Shown piece by piece: positions 1 to 12,656 of a DNA stretch of 64,000 nucleotides; the stretch's first letter is position 1; every line of letters starts with the position of its first letter. The notes beneath the pieces are model-generated. The model ran no database searches. It saw only the letters and a list, made by a program, of their open reading frames with translations, and was not told where the DNA came from. The position numbers were made by a program, and so were the translations under genes. The stretch lies in NCBI GenBank assembly GCA_030390025.1, contig CM059432.1, positions 75,890,001 to 75,954,000 of the forward strand, written 5' to 3'. This DNA is from Squalus acanthias (taxonomy: Eukaryota).

Positions 1-547
1 AGGGCACTCAAACAACCTGACAGACAGCCATGTCTCCTCAAACTGGATTGACTCTGGTTACCTCAGTACAGCAACAGCTTTACTACCATTACCTTTCAAC
101 CAGCAGATTTAGAACACCAAGGTCAGTGCTCTCAAGGTCATTTCAAATGTGTGGGCTAAGCAACAGGATAGAGCTCTATGGGTTAAGAGTCAGATACATA
201 AAGTTTACTGGATTGTAATCTTTCATAGGCTTCACCTAAAATGGGAGGACTGGAAGCATCAGGGATTAAACAAAGGAGCAGATTTCAGCAGCCCAGAAAT
301 TTTATGAACACACATGGCAGCAAGGAGATTAACTTATGGAAGCCTTTAAGGCTCAAAACTCTCAAGAGACTAAAGAAAACATGAATGCCAGACTTGCTTC
401 CAGCTTTCACTGACTGCAGCTAAGAATCCCTTGAAATAGCAATGCAAATGACTGCCCCTTAACCTGTACCACCCATGGTTTGTGAGCAGGTTGAGGAAGT
501 AGCAATGACAGCACTGATTGACATGAGGGATCCTGACAACATCAGTT

Positions 548-3360
548 AGAATCATAGAATGGTTACAGCACGGAAGGCGGCCATTTGGCCTGTCAAGCCC
601 GTGCCAGCTCTCTGCAAGAGCACTTCAGCTAGTCTCACTCCCCCGCCCTTTCCCCGTAGCCCTGCAAATTTCTTTCCTTCAGATACTTATCCAACTCCAG
701 TTTGAAAGCCGTGATTGAATCTGCCTCCACCACCCTTTCAGGCAGTGCATTCCAGATCTTAACCACTCGCTGCGTAAAAACGTTTTTTCTTATGTCACCT
801 TTGGTTCTTTTGCCAATCACCTTAAATCTGTGTCCTCTGGTTCTCGATCCTTCCGCCAATGGAACAGTTTCTCTCTATCTACTCTGTCCAGACCTCTCAT
901 GATTTTGAACACCTCTATCAAATCTCCTCTCAATCTTCTCTGCTCCATCCTTCCTAAAGTGTGGTGCCCAGAATTGGACAATACTCCAGTTGGGGCCGAA
1001 CCAATGTTTTATACAGGTTCATCATAATTTCCACACTTTTATACTCTATACCTCTATTCATGAAGCCCAGGATCCCCTAAGTCTTTTTAACTGCTTTCTC
1101 AACCTGCCCTGCCACCTTCAATGATTTGTGCACATATACCCCCAGGTCTCTCTGTTCGTGCACCCACTTCAGGATTGTACCATTTAGTTTATATGTCCTC
1201 TCCTCATTCTTTCTACCAAAATGTATCACTTCACACTTTTGTGTGTTAAATTTCATCTGCCACGTACGTGTCCACCCATTCCACCAGCCTGTCTATGTCC
1301 TCTTCAAGTCTATCACTCTCGTCCTCACTGTTCACTATATTTCCAAGTTTTGTGTCATCAGCAAATTTTGAATTTGTGCCCTGTACACCCACGTCCAACT
1401 CATTAATATATATCAAGAAAAGCAGTGGTCCTAGAACCGACCCCTGGGGAATACCACTGTATACCTTTCTCCAGTCCGAAAAACAACCGTTCACCACTAC
1501 TCTCCGTTATCTATCACTTAGCCAATTCCGTATCCATGCTGCCACTGTCCCTTTTATTCCATGGCCCTGATTTCGCCATCGGAGGCGGGATCGCGGTGGA
1601 TGAGGTTGTTGGCGGGTCCCGGTCCCATTCCTGGCTCCAGCCGCTCTGTGAAAAGGATTTTACGTAGATTGGGCTCGTTAAGCCCGCCCTGCGAGGTTCC
1701 CGGCCAATTAAAAGGAAGCGGGTCTGATGACGCGTCATCAGCCGGTTTCCTTAAAGGGACCATGGCCACATTCAATTCATTTTGACAGTTGTTCTGTCAC
1801 TGTTCAGCAGCATTGAGGTGCTGCAAACACTGACAAGCACTGCACAAAGGTGCACGGCTGCACTCCCTCCATATGCTTATGGAGAGCGTCACAGCACGCA
1901 GGGAGGTTCTCTTCCCTTCCAAGGGCGGAAGAGACCTCCCCAGGACACCAGCGCAGCCTGGTTGCACATTGCACAGGAGGACACAAGCAGGGATGTCGCA
2001 AGAGAACCAGACCTTTCATTGATCTCAGTAGATAACGAACCGTTACTGCAAATCCACACCCAACCTCATCCTGCTGTGCCACTCATCACATCCCCATCAC
2101 TCTGCCTTCCCTACAGTACTCCTGCACATCCTTACTCACACCAACTTATCTTGCACCTCCACCTTTCTATCTACATTATCACTTTTCCATCTCAGTAGCC
2201 ACCCCTCACACTCACCCTCATCCTAGTGCAATCATACCAACTAACACACAAGGTGAGGCACTTGGGTGTTATATCCAATGTTCACGTAAATTTTCTGTTA
2301 ATGTGTTGTCAAACTTTGAAATCTTTATTTTCCACACTTTACCTTATTGGACAGATCTGTGCTCACCTTTGGAAGTGTCGTAGTGAGTTCCAGTGAATAG
2401 TGAGACATAACTTCCCGCTTCCCGCTCGCTCCTCCCCCACAATTGTGATGAGTGTGAAAGGAATGGCTTGGACATTGTGGTGCTGGTGTGGGGTGGTTTC
2501 AACCTGGCGCATCATGTGATAGCCAGGGTGTACAGAGTCAAGTGAAGTAAATCTGGCCATGGTGAGGCCATCCCTGGCCTCCCGGGCAGCAATGCTGTCG
2601 GGTGCTGATGCTGTGTCCTGTGCAGCATCAGATGATTGCGGAGAAGTTTGTTGTTGTTGGTGTGCCTGGTGATGTTGGTGTTGGGGCTGATCGTGGAGGG
2701 ATTCTGAGGACCAAGGTGAGATTTTTTCAAGGGCACCGATGTTGCTGGAATAAATGGCAGCTGAAGTTGAGATGACAGAAGCGATCTGTCAATGGTGAGA
2801 GAGGTTGCTCCAAGGAGGTGACAGTGGATAGAGAGTTTACTCTAAACACTTCCAAACTGCATACAGCTCAAAAGTGTCTTCCAAGTCCTGAAGGCTCAAG
2901 CTTCTGACATTGGAAATTGAACAGCTGTGAAATGGTAGCTTTCGTACCACTTTTGCAGCTGTCACCTATTCACAGCAATGGGGAGACATAAAGAACCCGA
3001 CCTACTTACCTGACGTGATCTCCGAACGACGTGAACCTCGTTAAAAAAGTGGTAAAATAGAAATAGGCTGGCAAAATAGTTAACAAGCGTTTAACAAGCA
3101 TTTAACTATCTTAAATGCCTCCCCTGCCGCTTGGTGTCGAGTCTGTTCTGAAATCGCAGACCTGACACTTTGGAAACTTATATGGAGGTGGGTTTGGAGC
3201 GGGCTCCCAATCCGCTGTCAATCATTTCGATTTTGACAGCGGACCCGCCTCCGAAATCGCCCTCTGAGCACCGGCAAAATCGCGACCCATGGGCTTCAAC
3301 TTTGCTGGCAAACCTATTATGTGGCACTTTGTCAAACACCTTTCGGAAATCCATGTACCC
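548..3360 (-). mobile_element. CR1 LINE 3' fragment (548-1562 and 3288-3360), interrupted by a Harbinger element
   Basis: ORFs 635..859 and 1246..1497 give CR1 RT C-terminus ([15 protein letters not shown], FTQRVVxIWNALP); sequence ttccatgggcttcaac is split by the insertion. Confidence 0.9.
1563..3287 (+). mobile_element. Non-autonomous PIF/Harbinger element (~1.7 kb)
   Basis: Imperfect 15-bp TIRs GGCCCTGATTTCGCC / GGCAAAATCGCGACC, 3-bp TSD CAT; decayed Myb exon 1 (RKRPPQDTSAAWLHIAQE) and transposase end remnants. Confidence 0.88.
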
Positions 3361-3607
3361 TACCCCACCTCCCCACCGATTTAAATATTTTTAATTAGGC
3401 CAGTGTCCGTTTCTAGTGGGAGTGCTGGCTGCCTAAATCAAAGACTGCTCAAAAATCATAACGGGCAGATCTCCAATAAGTCAGCAGATTTATTTTTCCT
3501 CTGGGGCTGTAACAAGACAAAAAATGACAGCCCCTTTAACTTCATTAGATCTACCACAACACAGATATCAAGAGCTCTCTAGTCATAGGTAGGTAGGTGC
3601 ACTCTAT

Positions 3608-6600
3608 GGGCTCGATTTTGCCATTGGGGGCGGGCTGGGGCGTGTCAGGTTGTTTTCGTGTCAGGATCCCGACTCCGATGTGAAGTGGGGAAAAAAGTAC
3701 GATTTTGCCCTAATTGGGCACTTGATTTCCAGCGTGTGGGAACCCCTGGCCCAATGAGTCTTTTCATACAGAAAGTCGCCTCCAATGACATCATCAATGC
3801 TGCTGGATTTAAGGCCTGCAAGCAGCCTTGCTTCTTCTAGAGACTTTAAACTTTATGCCCATTGTTGTGATCGCTTCATTCAGCAACTATGTCCAGCAGT
3901 AGAACAAAGTGTGTTCCAAGGTTCGATGAGGACTCCCTCCAAGCTCTGGTGGAGGGAGCAAGAGCAAATAAGGAGGTGCTCCTCCCTTCCTCAGGGAGGA
4001 AAAAGCCTCCCCAGCATACTAAAGCTATGTGGATGCAAGTGGCCCAGGAGGTCAACTCAATCTCTATGTGCCGCAGAACCTCGCTGCAGTGCAGACAGAG
4101 GTTTCATGACCTTCTCCGCACAGGAAAAGTGAGTATGACTTTCCTATCACCCTCAATCTGATCCCCATCGCCTCTCCTCACCAGCACTCTGCTTTGCCAA
4201 CCTCTTCCTCCACATCCCACTTGACACTTACATCCCTGCACCCTTACCCATTCCCTCTCTCTCTATGGTCACATTCACTTAACTATTCGACCATGCAGCC
4301 CTCACACTCCCTATCACTGTGATACAATTACAACAACTTACAACACACAGGGAGGGCCCTTTGTCTCCTTCTAAGCATCTATGCTATAGATTCTCTACAC
4401 TCACTCCTTCATTCTCACTCAAACTCCACTTGCAGGAAAGAGAGCCCACAATAAGAGGGAAAGAGCGAGGACAGGAGGAGGGCCACCCTCAGTAGCCCAG
4501 CTCACCACCTCGGAGGAGGCGGCCCTGGAAATCGCCGGTGTGGAGGAAGATTTGCAAGTGGGGGACAGACAGACGGGTGCATCACAGCAAGCTGGTGACA
4601 GAATAGTTTGGCATCTCTCTCATTGACATTGCATGAGTGACTGATAATGATTCTGATGCTCTAACAGATTGACTTATGATCATCTGCACAATTCAATGTG
4701 CATGTAACCTTTACCTCACATCTCTAACTCTTTCCTTTACTCCCCCACAGGACCATCGAGAGCCCCCGTCCCCACTGTCCAGGAGGAAGAGCCTGAGACT
4801 CAAGACTCCTCAGAGGAAGCTGCAATCTCTGAGGGCGCAGCGTCAGCAGAATTAAGCGCACCCAGCACCGACACTCACACCTCGGTGGGACCTTCGCGAG
4901 ATAGAGTAGTGTTGTCACCTGGTGTATCACAGCTCGCAAGTGAGCATCAGCAGATGGTGGAGACAGAGACAGCAGCGGAGAGTCCTTGTCGGAGGGTGCA
5001 GGACTCTCCCAGCTCGGCTCAGCTGCATGTCGACCCTGTGCCTCCAGGTCCATCCAGAAGGAGAGCGGTGCTGGAACTCCAGGAACAGGTGCAGGAGTCT
5101 CTGGCAGGTTTTGTCTCCAGGGTCGCTGCGAGTGTGGAGCGAATGGAGGAATCCATCGTGAACATGAGCAGAGCCTTTGTGGAGGCATTGGCACATGAAC
5201 GCATCACCACGGAAAGGATGGCAACCTCCATGGAAAGGATGGCTATGGTAGAGGAGAGGATGGCTACGGGCATGGAGGAGCTAAGTCGCCAGAGTGTTGA
5301 AAACATGGTCATTGTTCAGAATAGACTGACATCTCTTGAGGAGCAATGGTCAGCTATTGAGCATAGAAACCAGTCCTTAATGGAAGTCCTCTGGAGTAGG
5401 TCCTCATAGCCCCCCTGAAGTGCAGCAAGGTGCTGTCAAGCCACTTGCTAGCTCTGAAGTGGGGCTGACCCATGAGAGGGATGTTGGTGGCAGACAATAA
5501 GGAAGTGGGGGCTCTTCTCCAAGCACTCACACGACCATGCCACTGCAAAGCTCTCGGTCAGAGCCCCACCAGAGTCCTCACCCAACTGAGATGGGCGTCT
5601 CAGCCCCTGCACAGCCGCAGGAGCAGCAGACTGTTGCCGAGCCCTTACAGGCTCGCAACCCCAGAGGACGCCCGCCAAAGGTGTCGAAACAGGAGCAGCA
5701 AGAAAGTGAGCAAGGGGCCTCCACATCTGCTGAAACCACAGGGGAAGCACCACGTAAGAGCACGCTTAAGAGGGAGATAAAGCACAAGTAGCCACTTGGG
5801 TGTTCTGTTGTATTGTTTTTTGTCAAGCCATCCTTGTAATGTGATGATAAACAGATTTGATGGCAAACTGTTGAAGTTGTGGCCTGCGTCATCTCGCAAA
5901 TGGGACTTCCACACTGAGGGCTTAGGGCGACTTGCAATTGTCAGTATGGTCGTTAGTGATAGGAATCGGCAGGTTCTTGTCCATTGTCGATGCTCTGGTA
6001 AGAAGGTGCAAGGCAAAACTGTTTGATTGTGCAGGCTAAGCAAATCTGGCCAACATGAGTGCGTCCCTTGCATTCCAGGCTGCAATGTGGTCGTGTGCTG
6101 GTGCCTTCTTGCCTGTGCAGTTTCAGGTGGGTGAGCAGCAGCTTGCCACTCCTGTTGTTGCTGCTGTTGTTCATGGGTCTGCTGCTGCCGCGGCTGGTCT
6201 TCGTCCGAATCTGATGTCCAGGAGGAAAGGAAATAAATGGTTCCCATGCTTCTGGTATATGCCTCAGTTGAGGAAGCGCTCAGTCAAGGTGGGGAGAGGG
6301 GTTTCCCAGGAGGTCACACTGGAGATTGGTGTCAGGCTCCAAACTTCCACAACCATGAGTATGCCTGCTTAAATTTCCCCCAGACCTGAGAAAACAAAGT
6401 TCTGCCACCTGCAAATGATCACTGGTGAAAACTCCTTTTTAAATGTTGGAGCTGCAGCTGTTAGTAAGCAATCCACTTGTGAGGCCGCCAGGATTAACTG
6501 ACGTGTTCCAGGAGGAGATGTGCAGGACGGGGGAAATGCGTTAAAATCAGAAAGGCCTCTCAAAATGGGATTATAGAGGCAATTAACTGGTTGTTAAGGG

Positions 6601-6768
6601 CCTTAAGGTCCTATCCCGCCTCTTGGAGGCGGGATGGAAACGGGATCTGAAACCCCGATTCTGGGAAAATTGCTCAGAGGCGGGTTCGGAGCCGCCCACC
6701 ATTTTTTGCGATTTTAACACCTCACACGCCTCTAATCCCGCCTCCTCGGGCCTGGCAAAATCGAGCCC
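3608..6768 (+). mobile_element. PIF/Harbinger element with Myb/SANT gene, transposase internally deleted
   Basis: Perfect 16-bp TIR GGGCTCGATTTTGCCA, TSD TAT on both sides; Myb gene on +; transposase N-terminus (MGTIYFLSSWTSDS, ATG 6247) on - joined directly to its C-terminal tail. Confidence 0.92.
3889..5791 (+). pseudogene. Harbinger Myb/SANT-like DNA-binding protein gene, 3 exons (3889-4128, 4436-4594, 4751-5791), frameshifted
   Basis: PRFDEDSLQALVEG...W..VAQEVNS...QCRQRFHDL; GT-AG introns at the same positions as in the 56836-58738 copy; 1-nt deletion in exon 2 and a frameshift near 5400. Confidence 0.85.
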
Positions 6769-6880
6769 TATGGCTCTCCAGAGTCCAAGATGCTGTGCTC
6801 CCCAGCCTGTAGGACTTACCACAGTGAGTCATTGCCAATGAGAGTACAAAATTACCAGTTGTTCTTCAACTAAATTCATT

Positions 6881-7277
6881 GGTGCAGAAATTAGATGATG
6901 CTGCGCCAGTTTTACAGGCGTAAAATGGCGGCCAAAGCATCCAATTAGGTGGGTGGTGAGTGCGTGCATATTGAACTGAAAGCGCACCATTGCCATATTA
7001 GTAAAAAGAGGCGTCTAGGGCCCACACCTGAAACAGGTGCTAGGACCTTTGCCTATGCAAATAAGGGGCTTAACTTCTGTTTGAGGCCTCCTTTGCCAAA
7101 TTGGTTTGCCCAGAGGCAGCCAGCACTGGTCGGCTGTGTTCAGGAAAACCAGGTCTACATGCAGCCTAACCAGGGGTCCTTAAAGGGATCATTGCAGGCT
7201 GCAACCAAAATGGTACGTTTTTTTTTTAAAAAGATACTTACCTGAATGTGGATCCAGTGCAAACCAATTTCTAGACC
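6881..7277. mobile_element. Harbinger-type MITE
   Basis: Termini GGTGCAGAAATT / AATTTCTAGACC with 3-bp TSD ATT on both sides; no coding capacity. Confidence 0.65.
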
Positions 7278-7661
7278 ATTATTTTTAAGGTTCCAGGAAT
7301 AAGTGGGCAAAGCTTAAAATAACCCTTAAGTTTCCACAGCTAGATTTCAAGCCGAGATGTAAATTATGATCACAGACTCCAGCAGGTGTCCACAAACATG
7401 ATCTTCCAGCAGGGGGAAGCGCAAAGTAGATCACTCGAGGATAAAGAATCACCCGGAGCCGTGACACAGGAGCTGAGTTCCGAGCACAGCTGGCTATTTG
7501 GCTGCAAGGGGCTATGTTGTTCGAAGAATATGTTGTGATGCAGTTATATTATATATCATATTTTGTATCATTTCACGTAGCTGTTATTTGTATTTGCTTA
7601 ATAGAATTGTATTACTTAAAGCTAGTTGCAAACTGCAACAACAAATGCCTGTGCTCGATCG

Positions 7662-7682
7662 TATATATATATATATATATAT
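7662..7682. repeat. (TA)n microsatellite
   Basis: About 10 TA units seen directly. Confidence 0.9.
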
Positions 7683-8330
7683 TAGCATAATTGTACTGTC
7701 AGGCGAGAATCTGCTAAAGCTGGTGACCCTATTGAGTTTTTAGAAACTAATTCTAAACACTACAAAGCCTTAAGTTCAATTAAAGGAACATTGAAGCAGA
7801 CTCTCAGATGTCTGAATTAAACTGAGTCCCATTGTTGAAACAGTGAAAATTAGCACAAATATCTGGTCTAAGGAACAGCAGAAAATGATACTCAAATTTG
7901 ACAGAACATTGTTATAAATGAATAAAACAGATAATCAGACAGCCATGAATGAAATACTATGAATGCCTAAATCTGTAGTTGTATGTTTAAACTAACGGAG
8001 ATAAGCAGATGAGTAAACTATAAAAAAAGGCACATTTTTGAACATTGGTTGGATTTACATTCTGACCAGCCAGGGAATCCTCCAACACCAGCAGCACCTG
8101 AATCACTGAAGGGGACTTTACATCCTGTGCTGACAGGAAGTCCTCCATCACCACTAGTAGAAGGGTTACCAATAGAAGCTGTCCCGGATCGGAATTGGTG
8201 ACTTAGTGTTGATTAAGTGTAACAATGTTATTCACGCTAACCAAATAACAATGCTTCGATGAATAAATTTGTTGAGACAAAGTAAATAAGTGTTGTTTTA
8301 CAAGATACTGTAGTCTGGTGTGATTGCCGC

Positions 8331-11300
8331 TGGCCTGGATTAATGATCCGGAGACATGAGTTCAAAGCAGTTAATTAAATAAATCTGGAATAAAAAGCTA
8401 GTATCAGTAATTGTGACCATGAAACTATCGGATTGTCGTAAAAACCCATCTGGTTCACTAATGTCCTTTAGGGAAGGAAATCTGCCGTCCTTACCTGGTT
8501 TGGCCTATATGTGACTCCAGACCCACAGCAGCGTGGTTGACTCTTAACTGCCCTCTGAAATGGCCTAGCAAGTCACTCAGTTGTAATAAACCGCTACGAT
8601 AAACAATAAGAATAAAACCGGACCGACCACCCGGCATCAACCTAGGCAACGGCTTCAGACACGACAACGGCACACCCAACCAAGTTGACCCTGCAAAGTC
8701 GTCCGCACTAACATCCGGGGAATTGTGTCAAAATTAGGAGAGCTGTCCCACAGACTAGTCAAGCAACAGCCTGACATAGTCATACTCACAGAATCATACC
8801 TTTCAGCCAATGTCCCAGTCTCCTCCATCACCATCCCAGGGTATGTCCTGTCCCACCGGCAGGACAAACCCACCAGAGGTGGCGGCACAGTGGTATACAG
8901 TTGGAGAGAGTGGCCCTGGGAGTCCTCAACATTGACTCCGGACCTCATGAAATCTCATGGCTTCACGTCAAGCATGGGCAAGAAAACCTCCTGCTGATTA
9001 CCACCTATCGCCCTCGCTCAGCTAATGAATCAGTACTCCTCCATGTTGAACACCACTGAGGGTAGCAAGGGCACAGAATGTACTCTGGGTGGGGGACTTC
9101 AATGTCCATCACCAAGAGTGGCTCGGTAGCACCACTGCTGGCTGAGTCCTGAAGGACATAACTGTCAGACTGAGCCTGCGGCAGGTGGTGAGAGAACCAA
9201 CATGAGGGAAAAACCTACTTGACCTCGTATCACCAATCTACCTGTCGCAGATACACCTGTCCATGACAGCATTGGCAGCAGTGACCACCGCACAGTCCTT
9301 CTGGAGACGAAGTCCCGTCTTCACACTGAAGACACCCTCCATCGTGTTGTGTGTCACTACCACCGTACTAAATGGGATGGATTCAGAACAGATCTGGCAG
9401 TTCAAAACTGGGCATCTATGAGGCGCTGTGGGCCATCAGCAGCAGCAGAATTGTATTCTACCACAATCTGTAAACTCATGGCCCGGCATATCCCTCACTC
9501 TACCATTACCATCAAGCCAGGGGACCAACCCTGGTTCAATAAGGAGTGTAGAAGAGCATGCCAGGAGCAGCACCAGGCGTACCTAAAAATGAGGTGCCAA
9601 CCTGGGGAAGCTGCAACACAGGACTACATGCATGCTAAAAAGTGGAAGCAGCATGCTATAGACAGGGTTAAGCGATCCCACAATCAACGGATCAGATCAA
9701 AGCTCTGCAGTCCTGCCACATCCAGTCACACATGGTGGAGGACAATTAAACAACTAATGGGAGGAGGAGGCTCCATGAATATCTCCATCCTCAATGATGG
9801 CAGAGACCAGCATGCGAGTGCAAAAGACAAGGCTGGAGTGTTTGCCACCATCTTCAGCGAGAAGTGCCGAGTGGATGATCCATATTGGCCTCCTCCTGAG
9901 GTCCCAACGATCACAGAAGCTAGTCTTCAGCCAATTCTATTCACTCCACGTGATATCAAGAAACGGCTGAGCGCACTGGATACAGCAAAGGCTATGGGCC
10001 CCGACAACATCCTGGATGTCATGCTGAAGACTTGTGCTCCAGAACTAGCCGTGCCTCTAGCCAAGCTGTTCCAGTACAGCTACAACATTGGCATCTACCC
10101 AACAATGTGGAAAACTGCCAAGGTGTGTCCTGCCCACAAATTCAATCCGTCCAATTACCACCCCATCAGTCTACTCTCAATCATCAGCAAAGTGATGGAA
10201 GGTGTCATCGACAGTGCTATCAAGCGGCGCTTACTCACGAAAAACCTGCTCACCGATGCTCAGCTTGGGTTCCACCAGGACCACTCGGCTTCAGACCTCA
10301 TTACAGCCTTGGTCCAAACATGGACAAAAGAGCTGAATTCCAGAGATGAGGCGAGAGTGACTGCCCTTGACATCAAGGCAGCATTTGACCGAGTGTGGCA
10401 TCAAGGAGCTCTAGTAAAATTGAAGTCAATGGGAATCAGGGGGAAACTCTCAACTGGCTGGAGTCATACCTAGCACAAAGGAAAATGGTTGTGGTTGTTA
10501 GAGGTCAATCATCTCAGCCCCAGGACATCGCTGCAGGAGTTCCTCAGGGCAATGTCCTAGGTCCAACTATCTTCAGCTGCTGCATCAATGACCTTCCCTC
10601 CATCATAAGATCAGAAGTGGGGATGTTCGCTGATCATTGCACAATGTTCAGTTCCATTCGCAACTCCTCAGAAAATGAAGCAGTCCATGCCCGCATGCAG
10701 CAAGACCTGGAGGACAGTCAGGCTTGGGCTGATAAGTGGCAAGTAACATTTGCGCCACACAAGTGCCAGGCAATGACTATCTCCAACAAGCGAGAGTCTA
10801 ACCACCTCCCCTTGACATTCAACGGCATTACCATCGTTGAATCCCCCACTATCAACATCCTGGGGGTCACCATTAACCAGAAACTTAACTGGACCAGCCA
10901 CATAAATACTGTGGCAACAAGAGCAGGTCAGAGGCTAGGTATTCTGCGGCGAGTGTCTCACCTCCTGACTCCCCAAAGCCTTTCCACCATCTACAAGGCA
11001 CAAGTCAGGAGAGTGATGGAATACTCTCCACTTGCCTGGATGAGTACAGCTCCACAACACTCAAGAAGCTTGACACTATCCAGGACAAAGCAGCCCGCTT
11101 GATTGGCACCCCATCCACCACCTTAAATATTCACTCCTTCCACCACCAGCGTACCGTGTACCATCTACAAGATGCACTGCAGCAACTCACCAATGCTTCT
11201 TCAGCAGCACCTCCCAAATTCGCGACCTCTACCACCTAGAAGGACAAGAGCAGCAGGTGCATGGGAACACCATCACCTACAAGTCCCCTCCAAGTTACAC

Positions 11301-11518
11301 ACCATCCTGACTTGGAAACATATTGCCGTTTCTTCATCGTCGCTGGGTCAAAATCCTGGAACTCCCTCCCTAACAGCACCGTGGGAGTACCTTCACCACA
11401 AGGTGCAGCGGTTCAAGGCGGCGGCTCACCACCACCTTCTCAAGGGCAGTTAGGGATGGGAAATAAATGCTGGCCTTGCCAACGACGCCCACATCCCAGG
11501 AACAAATTTAAAAAAAAT
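8331..11518 (+). mobile_element. Near-complete APE-RT LINE (CR1/L2/Jockey group), decayed ORF2
   Basis: APE motifs (PDIVILTESYL, GGG, GDFNVHH), RT motifs (GPDNI, ALDIKAAFDRVWH, PQGNVLGP, FADH) across frameshifted ORFs 8725..11623; 3' AATAAA and A-rich end. Confidence 0.9.
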
Positions 11519-11734
11519 TACAACTGGATCTGCTGTTATAAATTTAACAAATTCATAAGCTTAACAGATACAGTAAATGAGAAGGAAGAGAAGAAAAATA
11601 TGTTGCGTTTATACAGCACCTGATCATATCCTCACTGTTGTTCTGCATGCAAATGCACAGCCTATGCATAACATGGTGCTACAAACAGAATAAAATAAAT
11701 GACCAATTCATTTCATTTTTGGTATTATTTGTAA

Positions 11735-11945
11735 TGGGAGGAATGTTGGTCAAGATACTGGGAGAAATCCCTGCTCTTCTCTGATCAGTGCCACGGGATC
11801 TTCTTGCAGCCATCTGAACAGGCAAACAGGTTTTACGTCTAATCCAACAGCCAGCAACTCGGACAATCTAGCACTCCCTCAGTACTGCACTGGACTGTCA
11901 GCTTACATTATATGCTGACATCCTGGAGTGGGGCTTGATCCTCAA
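11735..11945 (-). mobile_element. Decayed tRNA-derived Deu-type SINE
   Basis: Reverse complement resembles the SINE copies at 16543 and 46341 (cagtgcagtactgagggagtgct; ttgaccaacattcctccc). Confidence 0.6.
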
Positions 11946-12517
11946 CGTAAACAGTCTTGCAGCTGTGCTTCTCCACGCTGGCTAACCCTAACAGGGTAGA
12001 ATTTTATCCCTCTCAATTAAGCAAAGCTTCCATTCTCAAATGGAGGACTGGACCTGAACTAGGTGGCATAGAGTCAAGATAAGGAAAATTCAAGTAAATA
12101 ACAAAAGAGTGATCAATATATGAACAAATTGCCAGTGCAGGTGGATGAACAGGAAACTTTAAGCTGATGATAAAAGGTTAAAAGGCTATAGCTTACAGGA
12201 AGGCAAGAACACAGAAGAGGACCATTAGTCCAAAACTAGCTCTCTTCTTTCCAGTTGAATATTTTTATATATTATTTATAACATTTAATAACCATGAAAC
12301 CTTTCAGGAACTTTTCCATTTCATTTTTGAACCGCTTCCCGTTTGTGGAAGAATGGTCATGATGTTCTCGTGAGGTGGCTACACAGGGGGTCACATGGAG
12401 TCATTTTGACTTGATATTGTAAAATGGGAGCTATTGATTCAGCCGCCCGTTATACATCTCTCCCGATTTTCATTTCCAAAGTTAAAATTACCCCCACATT
12501 CTCGGCCTTCTTTTTAC

Positions 12518-12656
12518 CTTTAGTGAATTTCAAAGGAAGAGACAGATTTGAGGTCTTCGTGGCAATCAGAAGCTTTTCTCCACTGGTAAGAACAGTCAGC
12601 TCTTCAAATCCAAGACAAGTTCCCCACACTGGGAAGTGAGTCCCATGATCGTTGGC
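12518..12656 (-). CDS. GGH: GGH-B exon 5 (139 nt; catalytic Cys)
   Basis: ttaatag|...|gtaaaa; [46 protein letters not shown]. Confidence 0.95.

Noticed and set aside
12398..12495. Tiny MITE-like inverted ends beside the GGH-B exon 5 donor
   Set aside because: TIR match is short and imperfect, with no clear TSD.
1..12517. GGH-B exons 6-9
   Set aside because: No SRxFxNFP, EFxST, QWHPE or ALIY-like exon found by eye; they probably lie outside the window.
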